In this document: piece after piece, positions 24,644 to 35,071 of the stretch | Layout of the letters: every line of letters starts with the position of its first letter | Position numbering within the stretch: the first letter of the stretch is position 1 | Origin: Clostridia bacterium | Lineage (GTDB): Bacteria > Bacillota > Clostridia > Oscillospirales > CAG-272 | DNA length: 64,000 bases | Direction of reading: 5' to 3' | Assembly: GCA_017631855.1 (NCBI GenBank) | Contig: JAGBSP010000064.1 | Span: forward strand, 7,809-71,808 | Program-made: the position numbers and the translations under genes | The notes under the pieces: model-generated | Seen by the model: only the letters and a program-made list of their open reading frames with translations | The model's database searches: none | Told to the model about the DNA's origin: nothing

Positions 24644-27079
24644 TTATTTCGTGCGTCCTGTCAAGCGCTCCAAATTCCAAATGTTTTCCGCATATTCGCG
24701 AATGGATCGGTCAGCAGCAAAATATCCTGCCGAAGCAATATTCATCAGAGACATACGGTTCCATTTTTCTTTGTCGGCGTAATCCTTGATTGCGCGCTCG
24801 TGTGTTGTGCGGTAAGACTCAAAGTCGGCAAGACACATATACGGATCAGCAATTCCGGGTCCTGTGAGCAGATAGTTTGCAATCTCGGAGAAGGATTCTC
24901 CCGCAAATCCAACATTGAGTGCCTGAATAATTTTCTGCAAGCGCTCATTGCCCGTGTAATATTCGGCGCAATTATAGCCTCTGAGCCAAAGATCGTCCAC
25001 CTCAGCACTTGTCAGACCAAAGATATACATATTTTCCTTGCCCACCGCCGCGAGCATTTCAATATTCGCTCCGTCCAGCGTTCCGATTGTCATCGCACCG
25101 TTGATCATCAGCTTCATACAACCTGTGCCACTAGCTTCCTTGCCCGCCAGAGAGATTTGTTCGCTGATCTCTGCCGCAGGAATTAAAGCTTCAGCAAGAG
25201 TTACCTTATAATCCTCCATAAATATCACCGACAGTTTTTCCCGTACGACGGGATCACTGTCGATCTCTCGTCCCAAACAATAGATCAGCTTGATAATATT
25301 TTTGGCCATATAATATCCGGGAGCAGCCTTTGCACCGAAGATAAAGGTTTGAGGCTGAAAATCCTTGTTGGGATTTTCTTTAATATCAAGATAAAGACCG
25401 ATGATATTGAGCACGTTGAGAAGCTGACGCTTGTATTCGTGCAATCGCTTGATATGAACATCGTATACCGAATGCGTATCCAATGCTCTGCCCGTCTTTT
25501 TATACACAAGATTGGAAAACTCGATTTTATTTTCATGCTTAATCCGACGGATCTCAGATAAAACCTGAGCATCGTCCGCAAACTTTGCAAATTCACGTAA
25601 TTCTTCTGGGTTGTGACGGTATGCGCTACCAATGGTATCGTCGAGCAAGTTTGCCAGGTGAGGATTGGAATAGCACAGCCAGCGGCGATGTGCAATACCG
25701 TTCGTTACGTTACAGAAGCGATCGGGATACATTGCATAAAAATCTTTGAAAATAGATTTCACCAGAATTTCGGAATGAAGCTTAGAAACACCGTTAATCG
25801 AGTGACATCCCACCGCACAGAGATTCGCCATACGAATTTGTCCGTAGCCGACAACACTCATCTTGGAAATGCGATTCCAGTTTCCGGGAAACTCTTTCCA
25901 TGCTTCGCGACAAAAACGCTCGTTGATTTCCTTGACAATCATATAAATTCTGGGCAGTTTCAAACGGAAAAGATCCTCGTTCCAGGTTTCCAGAGCTTCG
26001 GGCATAACGGTGTGATTGGTATAGGAGCAGATCTTTACCACGGTATCCCATGCGCGATCCCAAGAATAAAAATAATCGTCGATCAGAATTCGCATTAACT
26101 CGGGAATGCAGAGTGCGGGGTGAGTATCGTTGATATGAATTGCCACCTTATCCGCAAGGTTATCCAGCGTTCCGTAAACCGCCATATGATCGCGGACAAT
26201 GCTCTGACAGGATGCCGACACAAGAAAATATTGTTGTGCAAGACGAAGCAACTTTCCCTCAATATGATTATCCGAAGGATACAGTACCTTAGAAATGATT
26301 TCCGCATTCGTGCTCTCTTCCATTGCCTTGGTGTACTGTCCCTGCGTAAAGAGACCCATATTAAAATTATGCGTATCTCTGGCTCGCCACAAGCGAAGCT
26401 GGCTGACCGCCTGAGAGTCCGCTCCCGAAATCATCATATCGTAAGGAACGGCTTCAATATCTTCGCAATCCTCGTACAGAATTTCAAGATGATTGTCCTT
26501 CCAGTTTTCTCTGACGTGTCCACCCATCTTTACGTGATAAATTCTGTCGGTTCTTGGCACTAGCCAAACTTCCCCGCTGGGGAGCCAAATATCGGGAAGC
26601 TCCACCTGCATACCATCCACAAGCATCTGCTTGAAAAATCCGTATTCATAACAAATAGAAAAGCCCGTAGCAGGATAATCCAACGAAGAAAGAGAATCCA
26701 TAAAGCACGCGGCAAGACGACCAAGACCACCGTTTCCAAGACCCGCATCCGATTCACATTCCAAAATATCCTCTAAAGAAAAACCGTATTCCTCTAGCGC
26801 CTTGGCATAGATCCCCTCCAAGCCAAGATTGCACAGACTCGTTTTGAGAGAACGTCCTAAAAGGAATTCCAAGCACATATAATACACGCGTTTGGCGCCT
26901 TTTGCGTTGACTTCCTGTTTAAAGTCACCTCTTTTTTTCGTCAAAATATCTTTCATTGTCATCGCAACCGTTTTATACATTTGGTCACGAGATGCTTCGC
27001 TTGGGGTGCATCCAAAATAGCGGGAAAGCTTGATCTCAATATTTTCCTTTACTTCGGATTTGGTTAGCGGTTTGCTCAT
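24644..27079 (-). CDS. glgP: glycogen/maltodextrin phosphorylase
   Basis: 811 aa. GLGNGGLGRLAACF and the PLP-lysine region EASGTGCMKLMINGA are present. Confidence 0.95.
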   Translation of the reverse strand: MSKPLTKSEVKENIEIKLSRYFGCTPSEASRDQMYKTVAMTMKDILTKKRGDFKQEVNAKGAKRVYYMCLEFLLGRSLKTSLCNLGLEGIYAKALEEYGFSLEDILECESDAGLGNGGLGRLAACFMDSLSSLDYPATGFSICYEYGFFKQMLVDGMQVELPDIWLPSGEVWLVPRTDRIYHVKMGGHVRENWKDNHLEILYEDCEDIEAVPYDMMISGADSQAVSQLRLWRARDTHNFNMGLFTQGQYTKAMEESTNAEIISKVLYPSDNHIEGKLLRLAQQYFLVSASCQSIVRDHMAVYGTLDNLADKVAIHINDTHPALCIPELMRILIDDYFYSWDRAWDTVVKICSYTNHTVMPEALETWNEDLFRLKLPRIYMIVKEINERFCREAWKEFPGNWNRISKMSVVGYGQIRMANLCAVGCHSINGVSKLHSEILVKSIFKDFYAMYPDRFCNVTNGIAHRRWLCYSNPHLANLLDDTIGSAYRHNPEELREFAKFADDAQVLSEIRRIKHENKIEFSNLVYKKTGRALDTHSVYDVHIKRLHEYKRQLLNVLNIIGLYLDIKENPNKDFQPQTFIFGAKAAPGYYMAKNIIKLIYCLGREIDSDPVVREKLSVIFMEDYKVTLAEALIPAAEISEQISLAGKEASGTGCMKLMINGAMTIGTLDGANIEMLAAVGKENMYIFGLTSAEVDDLWLRGYNCAEYYTGNERLQKIIQALNVGFAGESFSEIANYLLTGPGIADPYMCLADFESYRTTHERAIKDYADKEKWNRMSLMNIASAGYFAADRSIREYAENIWNLERLTGRTK

Positions 27080-27138
27080 CTTTTTTGTTCCTTTCTTCTA
27101 CCGAAGATCTCGGTAACGCCACGCGGCGCAATTAAATT

Positions 27139-28578
27139 TTAAAGAGAGAGGTACATGCGAAGATATTGGATTGCCGAAGCATTCCACGAAAAATCAGTTT
27201 GCATAATGCGTTTGATCAGGGAAATTCGTTTTTCTTCGGTGCGCCAAAGCTCTATTGCGGCAAGCATACCTTCTCTAAGCTCTTCGGAACGGTAATTCAC
27301 AAAGGTAAATCCGTTGCCGTGAATTTCTCCGTTCTCTTCCCAATAGGGTTTGATTGAATCGTAGAGTCCACCCGTTTCTCTCGTTACGGGAATTGCTCCG
27401 TAACGCGATGCGATCATTTGAGAAAGACCGCATGGTTCGCTCTTGGATGGCATCAGGAAAATATCACTTGCAGCATAGATCCGTTTTGATAAATCCCGAT
27501 CGTAAGTGATCAGCGCTCTGACCTTATCCGGAAAGGTTTCCTGTAAGCCCATAAAAAAGCTTTCATAACGGCTCTCCCCTTTGCCAAGCACCACCAATTG
27601 AACGTCTTGATCTTTCATTACATTATACACAATTTCTGAAACAAGGTCAAGACCTTTATGGGATGCGAGTCTAGAAATGACAGAGATCATCGGTATGTCG
27701 GGACGCACGTGAAGTCCTACTTCTTTTTGAAGTGCGATTTTGTTCTCTGATTTTTCGTCAAGATTCTGCCACGTAAAATTTTTTGCAATACACGGATCTT
27801 GGGTAGGATTGTAATATTCATAATCAATTCCGTTCAAAATTCCGCAAAGCTTTTCTTGATTTTCGGTTAGAATTGGATGCAATCCATGCGCATATTCGGC
27901 AGTACAAATTTCTTCCGCATATCGCGGACTGACCGTGCTAACAAGATTGGCGGAAACAATTGCCCCCTTCATCAAATTGATACATCCGTCATATTCCACA
28001 ATAGAGCGATCGTTCTCGATTAATTCAAATACGTCACCGAGAATCCAGAAATCATATTTTCCTTGATATTCAATATTATGAATGGTAAAGATAGTTTTTA
28101 TGTGCGCATAACCCTCGCTTTGGCGATACTTTCTGTCAAGATAGATCAAACTCAGTGCCGCTTGCCAATCGTGAGCGTGGATCACGTCGGGGTAAAAACC
28201 GATCATACCGAGCATATCGATCGCCGCTTTGCAGAAAAAAGCAAACCGCTCTCCGTCGTCAAAGCAACCGTACAAGGTATCGCGCTTATAGTAATATTCG
28301 TTGTCGATAAAGTAATAGATTACTCCATCCTTACAAAGTCGATATACACCGCAATATTGTCTTCGCCACGAAAGTGCAACTTCATACGCTATTTCCAAAG
28401 TCATCTGATCACGCCATTCTTGTGAAATCGCGCTGTATAACGGAAGCACCACACGAACGTCTACTTCATCTCCACCCGCCTTGGAAACTGCCAATGGCAA
28501 AGAACCGAGAACGTCGCCAAGACCGCCTGTCGCGGCAAATGGCATCGCTTCTGCGCCAATCAATAAAATTTTCTTCAT
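27139..28578 (-). CDS. glgA: glycogen synthase (ADP-glucose type)
   Basis: KILLIGAEAMPFAATGGLGDV N-terminal KxGGL motif. The start is set at ATG 28576-28578 after GGAGG; the track has 28596. Confidence 0.93.
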   Translation of the reverse strand: MKKILLIGAEAMPFAATGGLGDVLGSLPLAVSKAGGDEVDVRVVLPLYSAISQEWRDQMTLEIAYEVALSWRRQYCGVYRLCKDGVIYYFIDNEYYYKRDTLYGCFDDGERFAFFCKAAIDMLGMIGFYPDVIHAHDWQAALSLIYLDRKYRQSEGYAHIKTIFTIHNIEYQGKYDFWILGDVFELIENDRSIVEYDGCINLMKGAIVSANLVSTVSPRYAEEICTAEYAHGLHPILTENQEKLCGILNGIDYEYYNPTQDPCIAKNFTWQNLDEKSENKIALQKEVGLHVRPDIPMISVISRLASHKGLDLVSEIVYNVMKDQDVQLVVLGKGESRYESFFMGLQETFPDKVRALITYDRDLSKRIYAASDIFLMPSKSEPCGLSQMIASRYGAIPVTRETGGLYDSIKPYWEENGEIHGNGFTFVNYRSEELREGMLAAIELWRTEEKRISLIKRIMQTDFSWNASAIQYLRMYLSL

Positions 28579-28592
28579 CTTTTTCCTCCGAC

Positions 28593-29726
28593 TCAAACCA
28601 TACTTCCTTTCGGAATAAAGAACGGCATAGACTCGTGTCCCGACAACATTCTTCCATCTCGAATAACTACGTTTTTATCCGAAATGACGCAATTAAGCGT
28701 TACGTTGTTTCCCGTAAAGGTATCCTGCAGAAGAATACAGTTCTTTACGACAGTTCCTTTTCCTACGTGTACCCCACGGAAAAGAATAGAATTCTCAACC
28801 ACACCTTCGATCACACAACCGTCTGCAACGTAGCTGTTGCAAACCTGTGCGTTCTCACTGTAACGAGTAGGAGCAGAATTACGAAGCTTGGTATAAATCG
28901 GACGGTGTTTTACGTCAAACAGACCGTTGCGAACATCGGGAGAAAGAAGCTTCATAGAGTTTGAAAAATAGCTTTCAAGCGACGTAATCTGAATAAAAAT
29001 CCCTTCGTAAAGATAACGGAAAAATCTCGACTTCGAAGCACGCTTTGCAACAATGTCTCGATAAAAATCGGTATATCCGTGAGCACCCGCATCTCCGATG
29101 GCATTCAAAAGAAACATACGGTTAGCGATCATAATATTCGTGCTGATCTCGTGAGCACTCTCGCCCTTGATATACGTACTTACATCAGTGATCATTCCGT
29201 TTTCATCAGCAACAATGACCTTGCTTCGATCGGGAATATCGTCGACACCGACGGTAACCTTGCGAGTAATTATCGTAAGATCCGCCTTATTTTCCACGTG
29301 ATGCTCAATCGCATCTGAAAGGTCAATATTGCAAATGCCGTCGCAATCCGAAAGAACAATATAGTCCTCGGTACAACGTGAAATAAAGCTGGAAACGCCC
29401 ATCAAAGCTTCCAAACGAGAGCTATACAAACGACCACCGTTCGAGTTGTCGTATGTATTAAAGAATGGAGGAAGAATTTTAATGCCCCCCGAACGTCGGG
29501 CAAGATCCCAGTCCTTGCCAGTTCCAAGATGATCCATCAAAGACTGATAGTTGTTGTGTGTAATAATACCGATCTTCGTAATTCCCGAATGCACCATGTT
29601 GGAAAGAGGAAAATCGATTAGTCGATAACGGCAACCGAACGGAACCGACGCCATGGTACGAATATTGGTCAGCTCCGAAATCGACGAATCGTGAATATTC
29701 GAGAAAATCAATCCTGCAACTTCCAT
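28593..29726 (-). CDS. glgD: glucose-1-phosphate adenylyltransferase, GlgD subunit
   Basis: GlgC paralogue that lacks the GGxGxRL loop (its N-terminus is LIFSNIHDSSISELT...VPFGCRYRLIDFPLSN). 377 aa, positioned between glgC and glgA. Confidence 0.88.
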   Translation of the reverse strand: MEVAGLIFSNIHDSSISELTNIRTMASVPFGCRYRLIDFPLSNMVHSGITKIGIITHNNYQSLMDHLGTGKDWDLARRSGGIKILPPFFNTYDNSNGGRLYSSRLEALMGVSSFISRCTEDYIVLSDCDGICNIDLSDAIEHHVENKADLTIITRKVTVGVDDIPDRSKVIVADENGMITDVSTYIKGESAHEISTNIMIANRMFLLNAIGDAGAHGYTDFYRDIVAKRASKSRFFRYLYEGIFIQITSLESYFSNSMKLLSPDVRNGLFDVKHRPIYTKLRNSAPTRYSENAQVCNSYVADGCVIEGVVENSILFRGVHVGKGTVVKNCILLQDTFTGNNVTLNCVISDKNVVIRDGRMLSGHESMPFFIPKGSMV

Positions 29727-29727
29727 C

Positions 29728-30939
29728 TTACATTTCCTCCTTCATCTGAATTTGTGCAATATCCGAAATCATTTCATTGTCACCGACCACTGCATGTTCG
29801 GGAATTGAAAGTCCTGCCGCAATTACGGTAATTCCTTTTGCCTTCTTTTGTTCGGAACCAATCGAAGCACCAGCGCCGATGGTTGTTTCTTCATCAATAA
29901 TTGCGTAATTGATTTTTGCGTCTTTTTCAATCATCACGTTATCCATAATTACCGAATTGCTGACAACAGCACCCTTTTGAACACAAACCCCGGCGCCAAG
30001 CACAGAATTTCGAACCGTTCCGTAAATTTCACATCCCTCGGTAATCGAGCTGTTGTCAACGACGGCACTCTCTCCCACAAACTGCGGAGCATGAGTTTCA
30101 TGACGAGAATAAATACGCCATTCCTCATCCCGCAAATCAAGCTTAGGTGTTTCACCCAACAAATCCATATTTGCTTCCCAAAGAGAAGAAATCGTTCCCA
30201 CGTCCTTCCAATATCCGCTGAAAGGATATGCGTACATTCTTTTCTTTGCCGCGAGCATGGCAGGAATCACGTTCTTTCCAAAGTCATTAGAGCTTTCCGG
30301 ATCGGCGGCATCTGCCGTCAAGAATTCGAAGAGTACCTCCTTGGAAAAGATATAAATTCCCATAGAGGCTTTCGTACTGTCGGGATTTTTTGGCTTTTCG
30401 GAAAATTTATAGATTTTTCCGTCCTCTTCTGTACTCATAATACCAAATCGACTTGCTTCCTTCAGTGGAACGTCAATGACAGCAATCGTACAATCGGCAT
30501 TCACCCTCTTGTGATAATCAAGCATCTTTGCGTAATCCATCTTATAGATATGGTCACCCGAAAGAATTAGAACGTATTCGGAATCATAGCGATCGATAAA
30601 TTGCATATTTTGATAGATCGCGTTTGCCGTTCCACGATACCAATCGGCGCCCTTCTTTCCCTGATATGGAGGAAGAATTTTCACACCACCATAGGAACGG
30701 TCCAGATCCCACGGCAAACCGTTTCCTATGTAATCATTGAGCACCAGAGGCTGATACTGGGTAAGAACACCTACAGTATCAAAGCCTGAGTTGATACAGT
30801 TAGAAAGAGTAAAATCAATGATACGATATTTTCCACCAAACGGAACTGCGGGTTTTGCGTTTTTTTCGGTCAAGGCATAAAGTCTGCTTCCTTGTCCACC
30901 TGCCAAAAGCATTGCGACACATTCTTTTTTTCTGAACAT
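29728..30939 (-). CDS. glgC: glucose-1-phosphate adenylyltransferase
   Basis: [44 protein letters not shown]; 403 aa. Confidence 0.95.
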   Translation of the reverse strand: MFRKKECVAMLLAGGQGSRLYALTEKNAKPAVPFGGKYRIIDFTLSNCINSGFDTVGVLTQYQPLVLNDYIGNGLPWDLDRSYGGVKILPPYQGKKGADWYRGTANAIYQNMQFIDRYDSEYVLILSGDHIYKMDYAKMLDYHKRVNADCTIAVIDVPLKEASRFGIMSTEEDGKIYKFSEKPKNPDSTKASMGIYIFSKEVLFEFLTADAADPESSNDFGKNVIPAMLAAKKRMYAYPFSGYWKDVGTISSLWEANMDLLGETPKLDLRDEEWRIYSRHETHAPQFVGESAVVDNSSITEGCEIYGTVRNSVLGAGVCVQKGAVVSNSVIMDNVMIEKDAKINYAIIDEETTIGAGASIGSEQKKAKGITVIAAGLSIPEHAVVGDNEMISDIAQIQMKEEM

Positions 30940-30976
30940 AATTGCCTCCGTTATTTATTTTATCGTAATAATTATT

Positions 30977-32881
30977 TCACTGTTTTTCGATTCTCTTGCT
31001 CCTTTTCTTTGTCTTGCAGCGCAAGATGAGCATTCCCAGCGGCGGTACGCGAAGTTTTACCGAATCTGCGGAATTATTCCATGGATGTCCCGTGGTAGGA
31101 AGATCTCCTGCATTGATTACACCGCTTCCACCAAACTCCTCACCGTCGGAATTGAAAATTTCTTCATAGATCCCACAATCGGGAACTCCAAGGAGAAATT
31201 CTTCTCGCACGACCGGTGTAAAGTTGATCAGCGCAATGATCTCGCGTCCTTGCTGATCAATTCTCCGACAAGAAATGATACTTTGATTTCGATTATCGGC
31301 ATCGATCCATTGATATCCGTCCCACGAGTCATCAATCTGCCAGAGCGCGGGCGTTTTTAAATAGAGATGGTTAAGCTCTGCCGTATAATACTGAAGTTTT
31401 GCGTGCGCCTCGTAATCGAGTAAAAACCATTCAAGCTGCCCTGAGTAATCCCATTCTCTGAACTGTCCGATCTCGGAGCCCATAAAGAGAAGCTTTTTTC
31501 CGGGATGGATCATCATATAACCCAGAAATGCGCGTGCACTTGCAAATTTTTGCCAATAATCGCCCGACATTTTATCGAGAAAGGATTTTTTTCCGTGCAC
31601 GACCTCATCGTGAGAGATCGGAAGGAGATATTTTTCACTAAAAGCATAGGTCAGTGAAAAAGTCAATTTTTCGTGATGATATTTACGGTAAATTGGATCG
31701 AGCGCTGCATAAGAAAGGGTATCGTTCATCCATCCCATATTCCATTTCAGATCAAAGCCAAGACCGTCGTTTTCAAAGCTTGTAATATTTGCCCAAGCGG
31801 TAGACTCCTCCGCAATCATCAGTACATCGGGAAACTCCTGCTTGATATAAGAATTCAGCTTTTGAAAAAACGCGATTGCCTCAAGACAACGGTGATCTCC
31901 GTAAACATTCGGTACCCACTCACCGGGACGTTTATCATAATCTAAATAAAGCATCGAAGCAACGGCATCGACGCGCAAGCCATCTACGTGGTATTTCCGA
32001 AACCAGAAATCAGCATTGGCAACTAGAAAGCACTCTACCTCGTTGCGTCCAACATCAAAGCGCCTAGTTCCCCAACCTGCATGCTCCATACGATCGTATC
32101 CCTGATATTCGTAAAGCGGTTGTCCGTCAAATTCGTAAAGTCCGTGCTCGTCCTTGGGAAAATGTGCCGGAACCCAATCCAGAATAACACCAATTCCTGC
32201 CTCGTGCATTGAATCCACAAACGACATAAAATCCTGCGGTGTACCAAAACGGGCAGTCGGTGCATAATACGAGCAGACCTGATATCCCCACGACCCGTCA
32301 AAGGGATGTTCCATCACAGGCATCAACTCCACGTGTGTATATCCCATCTGCTTGACGTAAGGGGCAAGCTCGGAAGCAATTTCCCGATAAGAATAGTAAG
32401 AACCATCTGCGTGACGCTTCCACGAGCCAAGATGAACCTCGTACACGTTCATCGGCTCAGATTTCATTTTTCCCTGCTTGGATTTTCGATACTTCATCCA
32501 TCCATCATCACGCCAAGCGTAACCGTCCAACGAAGAGATCACGCTCGCTGTCGCAGGCGGAAGTTCGGCATGAAAGGCATATGGATCCGCTTTAAAAAAT
32601 TCCTTTCCATGAGCAACAATTTTATATTTATAGCAAGAGCCGATACTCAAGCGATCTTTTGAAATTTTGGTTTCCCAAACGCCCCCCTCGGTAACTCTCG
32701 TCATGGACACACCATTTTGCCAATCAGAAAAATCTCCGACGAGAAAAACGGTTTCCGCATTCGGTGCCCAAACGCGAAAAATAGCGTTATCTCCTATGAA
32801 ATGCAATCCCATATAATCATAAGCCGTATAATTCGTTCCCTGATGAAACAAATAAGACGCAAGATCGTTTTGCTTTTCCAT
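30977..32881 (-). CDS. glgB: 1,4-alpha-glucan branching enzyme
   Basis: GYTHVELMPVMEHP, HVDGLRVDAVASMLY, IAEESTAW and PISHDEV motifs. The start is set at ATG 32879-32881 after GGAGGGGAAGG; the track has 32929. Confidence 0.93.
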   Translation of the reverse strand: MEKQNDLASYLFHQGTNYTAYDYMGLHFIGDNAIFRVWAPNAETVFLVGDFSDWQNGVSMTRVTEGGVWETKISKDRLSIGSCYKYKIVAHGKEFFKADPYAFHAELPPATASVISSLDGYAWRDDGWMKYRKSKQGKMKSEPMNVYEVHLGSWKRHADGSYYSYREIASELAPYVKQMGYTHVELMPVMEHPFDGSWGYQVCSYYAPTARFGTPQDFMSFVDSMHEAGIGVILDWVPAHFPKDEHGLYEFDGQPLYEYQGYDRMEHAGWGTRRFDVGRNEVECFLVANADFWFRKYHVDGLRVDAVASMLYLDYDKRPGEWVPNVYGDHRCLEAIAFFQKLNSYIKQEFPDVLMIAEESTAWANITSFENDGLGFDLKWNMGWMNDTLSYAALDPIYRKYHHEKLTFSLTYAFSEKYLLPISHDEVVHGKKSFLDKMSGDYWQKFASARAFLGYMMIHPGKKLLFMGSEIGQFREWDYSGQLEWFLLDYEAHAKLQYYTAELNHLYLKTPALWQIDDSWDGYQWIDADNRNQSIISCRRIDQQGREIIALINFTPVVREEFLLGVPDCGIYEEIFNSDGEEFGGSGVINAGDLPTTGHPWNNSADSVKLRVPPLGMLILRCKTKKRSKRIEKQ

Positions 32882-32983
32882 AACTTTCGCCTTCCCCTCC
32901 CCTATTTCAGGCATCACACACTTCTTCATTATTATGCAACCATACCAAAAATATATACCAATTCCTCATACTTCAATAAAAAA

Positions 32984-33007
32984 ACGCCGCGATAAAAATC
33001 ACGGCGT
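32984..33007 (-). terminator. rho-independent terminator after divIC
   Basis: On the minus strand: ACGCCGTGAT, loop TTTT, ATCGCGGCGT (one G-U pair), followed by TTTTTTATT. Confidence 0.65.
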
Positions 33008-33073
33008 CATTTCTGCGTCCAAACGAACGTATACCGCCGTTTTGGGTTGATGCACGTCTATGTTTGAAAGTGA

Positions 33074-33373
33074 TTATTCTACTTCGCTATGAAAAACAAT
33101 TTCATCGGGAAAACACATTCCGAGTTTTTCTCTAGCAATACGAATTTTATAAGCATCATCCAACGGCGCGTCTACCAGGTATTCCAGCCGTTCAATTTCA
33201 TCATTCAGTTGTTCAATATATGCTTCATCCTCTTTTTTATCTTCTATAATTTTGTTGTATTTCATCAGGCTCCAAAGGAAGAAGACCACCGAAAAAACAA
33301 ATAAGAGGATCAAAAACACTTGAATCAGCATAGAAGCGGCTGTTTTTCTCCCTTGAAAATACTTCTTCTGCAT
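33074..33373 (-). CDS. divIC: septum formation initiator family protein (DivIC/FtsB-like)
   Basis: 99 aa: basic N-terminus, one TM (MLIQVFLILLFVFSVVFFLW), coiled coil, then IRIAREKLGM. It follows yabQ, as in B. subtilis. Confidence 0.85.
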   Translation of the reverse strand: MQKKYFQGRKTAASMLIQVFLILLFVFSVVFFLWSLMKYNKIIEDKKEDEAYIEQLNDEIERLEYLVDAPLDDAYKIRIAREKLGMCFPDEIVFHSEVE

Positions 33374-33411
33374 CGTGTCCCTCCTCTTATGTTTATCCTA
33401 ACAGAATACCT

Positions 33412-34014
33412 CTATAGAAAACCGCGATCAGCTGCCTCGAAGCATTCTTTTTCTTTATGTATATTATACACTTTTTTTCGTTGATTTGCAATAGTTTTTT
33501 GGAGATTAAATTGCATTCTTTTAATAATTTTCCATAAAAAAGAGAGAGTTTTCACAAAAGGATAGGATAAAATGAAAAAAAAGATCGAAAAAGTTGCTCG
33601 AAGGAGAAATACGATACATTCGGAGAGATAAATCACAAGTTTTCCAAGGGTAAAATAATATATTAAAAAACCTGCAAAAAGAGCTACAACAGTATATATT
33701 CGAAACCGTCCGTCGTTCCAAGCATAGTTTAAAATTACAATACCCGCCCCAGCTACAGTCATCAAAAATACATCTTGCAGAAAAACCAAAACCGTAAGAG
33801 AAATGTTTTTTACTCTCCCCTGCCGAATTTTTCCTAAAGGTCGCCCAATGATCGGTATTGGACGAAGAAGGCGTTCCGGCAAAGCTTTTTTAGAATACTG
33901 TACGCCAAATAACACGCGAATGATGCGGTGAACGTCGTAAAGTATTCCCAGTCCTATTCCAAGAAAAAAAGAAGAGAGTAACAGATAAAAAAGTCGTATC
34001 GGTGAAATTCCCAT
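33412..34014 (-). CDS. yabQ: spore cortex biosynthesis protein YabQ
   Basis: 200-aa multi-TM protein starting LLLSSFFLGIGLGILYDVHRIIR. Positioned between yabP and divIC. Confidence 0.75.
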   Translation of the reverse strand: MGISPIRLFYLLLSSFFLGIGLGILYDVHRIIRVLFGVQYSKKALPERLLRPIPIIGRPLGKIRQGRVKNISLTVLVFLQDVFLMTVAGAGIVILNYAWNDGRFRIYTVVALFAGFLIYYFTLGKLVIYLSECIVFLLRATFSIFFFILSYPFVKTLSFLWKIIKRMQFNLQKTIANQRKKVYNIHKEKECFEAADRGFL

Positions 34015-34031
34015 CGTATCTGATCCTATCT

Positions 34032-34310
34032 TTATCGCAGAAGCTTGCCTAAAAAGCCGTGTTTTTTGTCGGTTTGCTCAATGGAATAATATACAGCGTC
34101 AATTTTTCCCGACAAGCTCACCATACCGCTTTGAAGATCGAGCGTCCCAACACGAAGTCCGCTTCCCTCCACTGTCATTGTCCCTCCGTGTGTATGAAGC
34201 ATCACGCAAGTCTCGTCAAAGCTTTCAACCTCTTTAACGCCTGAAATATTCATATCTTTTCTCATCTTTACACAAAATTCGTGCGTCTGGCGTTCACTTT
34301 GTAAGTTCAT
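34032..34310 (-). CDS. yabP: sporulation protein YabP
   Basis: ISGVKEVESFDETCVMLHTHGGTMTVEGSGLRVGTLDLQSG is the YabP signature. The start is set at ATG 34308-34310 with GGAGG 7 nt upstream; the track has 34325. Confidence 0.88.
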   Translation of the reverse strand: MNLQSERQTHEFCVKMRKDMNISGVKEVESFDETCVMLHTHGGTMTVEGSGLRVGTLDLQSGMVSLSGKIDAVYYSIEQTDKKHGFLGKLLR

Positions 34311-34370
34311 AAAAAACCTCCGCATAGGATTTACTGTATCCTTATGCGGAGATAACGCTTTTTATGCAGT

Positions 34371-34613
34371 TTATTCGATGATCTCGTACAAATCCGACGC
34401 TTCGGCTTTACCAACAGAGTCCCGAACATTCAATACCTTCATTTTTACCGTTTTTTGTCCGAAGGTAATTTCAATCACGTCGCCCACTTTCACATCATAC
34501 GACGCCTTGGCTCTGCGTCCGTTCACAAACACGTGCTCCGTATCGCAAGCGTCATTAGCAACCGTGCGGCGTTTGATAATCCGAGAAACCTTTAAAAATT
34601 TATCTAATCTCAT
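34371..34613 (-). CDS. yabO: S4-domain RNA-binding protein (YabO/Hsp15-like)
   Basis: MRLDKFLKVSRIIKRRTVANDAC...VNGRRAKASYDVKVGDVI; 80 aa. Confidence 0.88.
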   Translation of the reverse strand: MRLDKFLKVSRIIKRRTVANDACDTEHVFVNGRRAKASYDVKVGDVIEITFGQKTVKMKVLNVRDSVGKAEASDLYEIIE

Positions 34614-34639
34614 AACAAAATCCCTTCTAAAGAAAAGCT

Positions 34640-34669
34640 AAAGACGGTCAGAAAACCCTGACCGTCTTT
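34640..34669 (-). terminator. rho-independent terminator after hup
   Basis: AAAGACGGTCAG (34640-34651) pairs with CTGACCGTCTTT (34658-34669). On the minus strand it is followed by AGCTTTTCTTT. Confidence 0.7.
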
Positions 34670-34682
34670 ATCTTAGATTCTA

Positions 34683-34955
34683 TTAGTTTACAGAATCCTT
34701 CAGAGCCTTACCAGCAGTAAAGGTAGGATGCTTGCAAGCTGCGATCTTAATGGTCTCACCGGTCTTGGGGTTACGGCCATCTCTTGCTGCTCTTTCCTTC
34801 ACTTCAAACGTACCGAAACCGATCAACTGAACCTTGTCGCCAGCCTTCATAGCTTCTGCAATAGCCTCGAAGGTTGCATTTACGGCAGCCTCAGCCTCTT
34901 TCTTCTTCATTTCGGTCTTAGCAACGACAACTTCGATCAACTGAGTCTTGTTCAT
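34683..34955 (-). CDS. hup: HU-family DNA-binding protein
   Basis: MNKTQLIE...[30 protein letters not shown]; 90 aa. Confidence 0.95.
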   Translation of the reverse strand: MNKTQLIEVVVAKTEMKKKEAEAAVNATFEAIAEAMKAGDKVQLIGFGTFEVKERAARDGRNPKTGETIKIAACKHPTFTAGKALKDSVN

Positions 34956-35071
34956 AGTCTTTTCCCTTTCTTTTTTATTTTCAATTTTTTATAGGCAAAC
35001 CCTAACACATGTCATTATATCATACTTTTTTCATAATATCAAGGGCTTTTTTTGCTTTTTTTCCAAAAAAA

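Noticed and set aside
27080-27138. A small hairpin, TACCGA-GATCT-TCGGTA, between glgA and glgP.
   Set aside because: The stem is only 6 bp with no T-tract, and it lies inside an operon just before the glgP RBS. It is not supportable as a terminator or regulator.
32882-32983. A possible sigma-E-type sporulation promoter upstream of glgB (CATAATAAT-like -10), by analogy with B. subtilis glgBCDAP.
   Set aside because: I could not find a convincing matching -35 element at the right spacing. The region is AT-rich, so partial matches are expected by chance.
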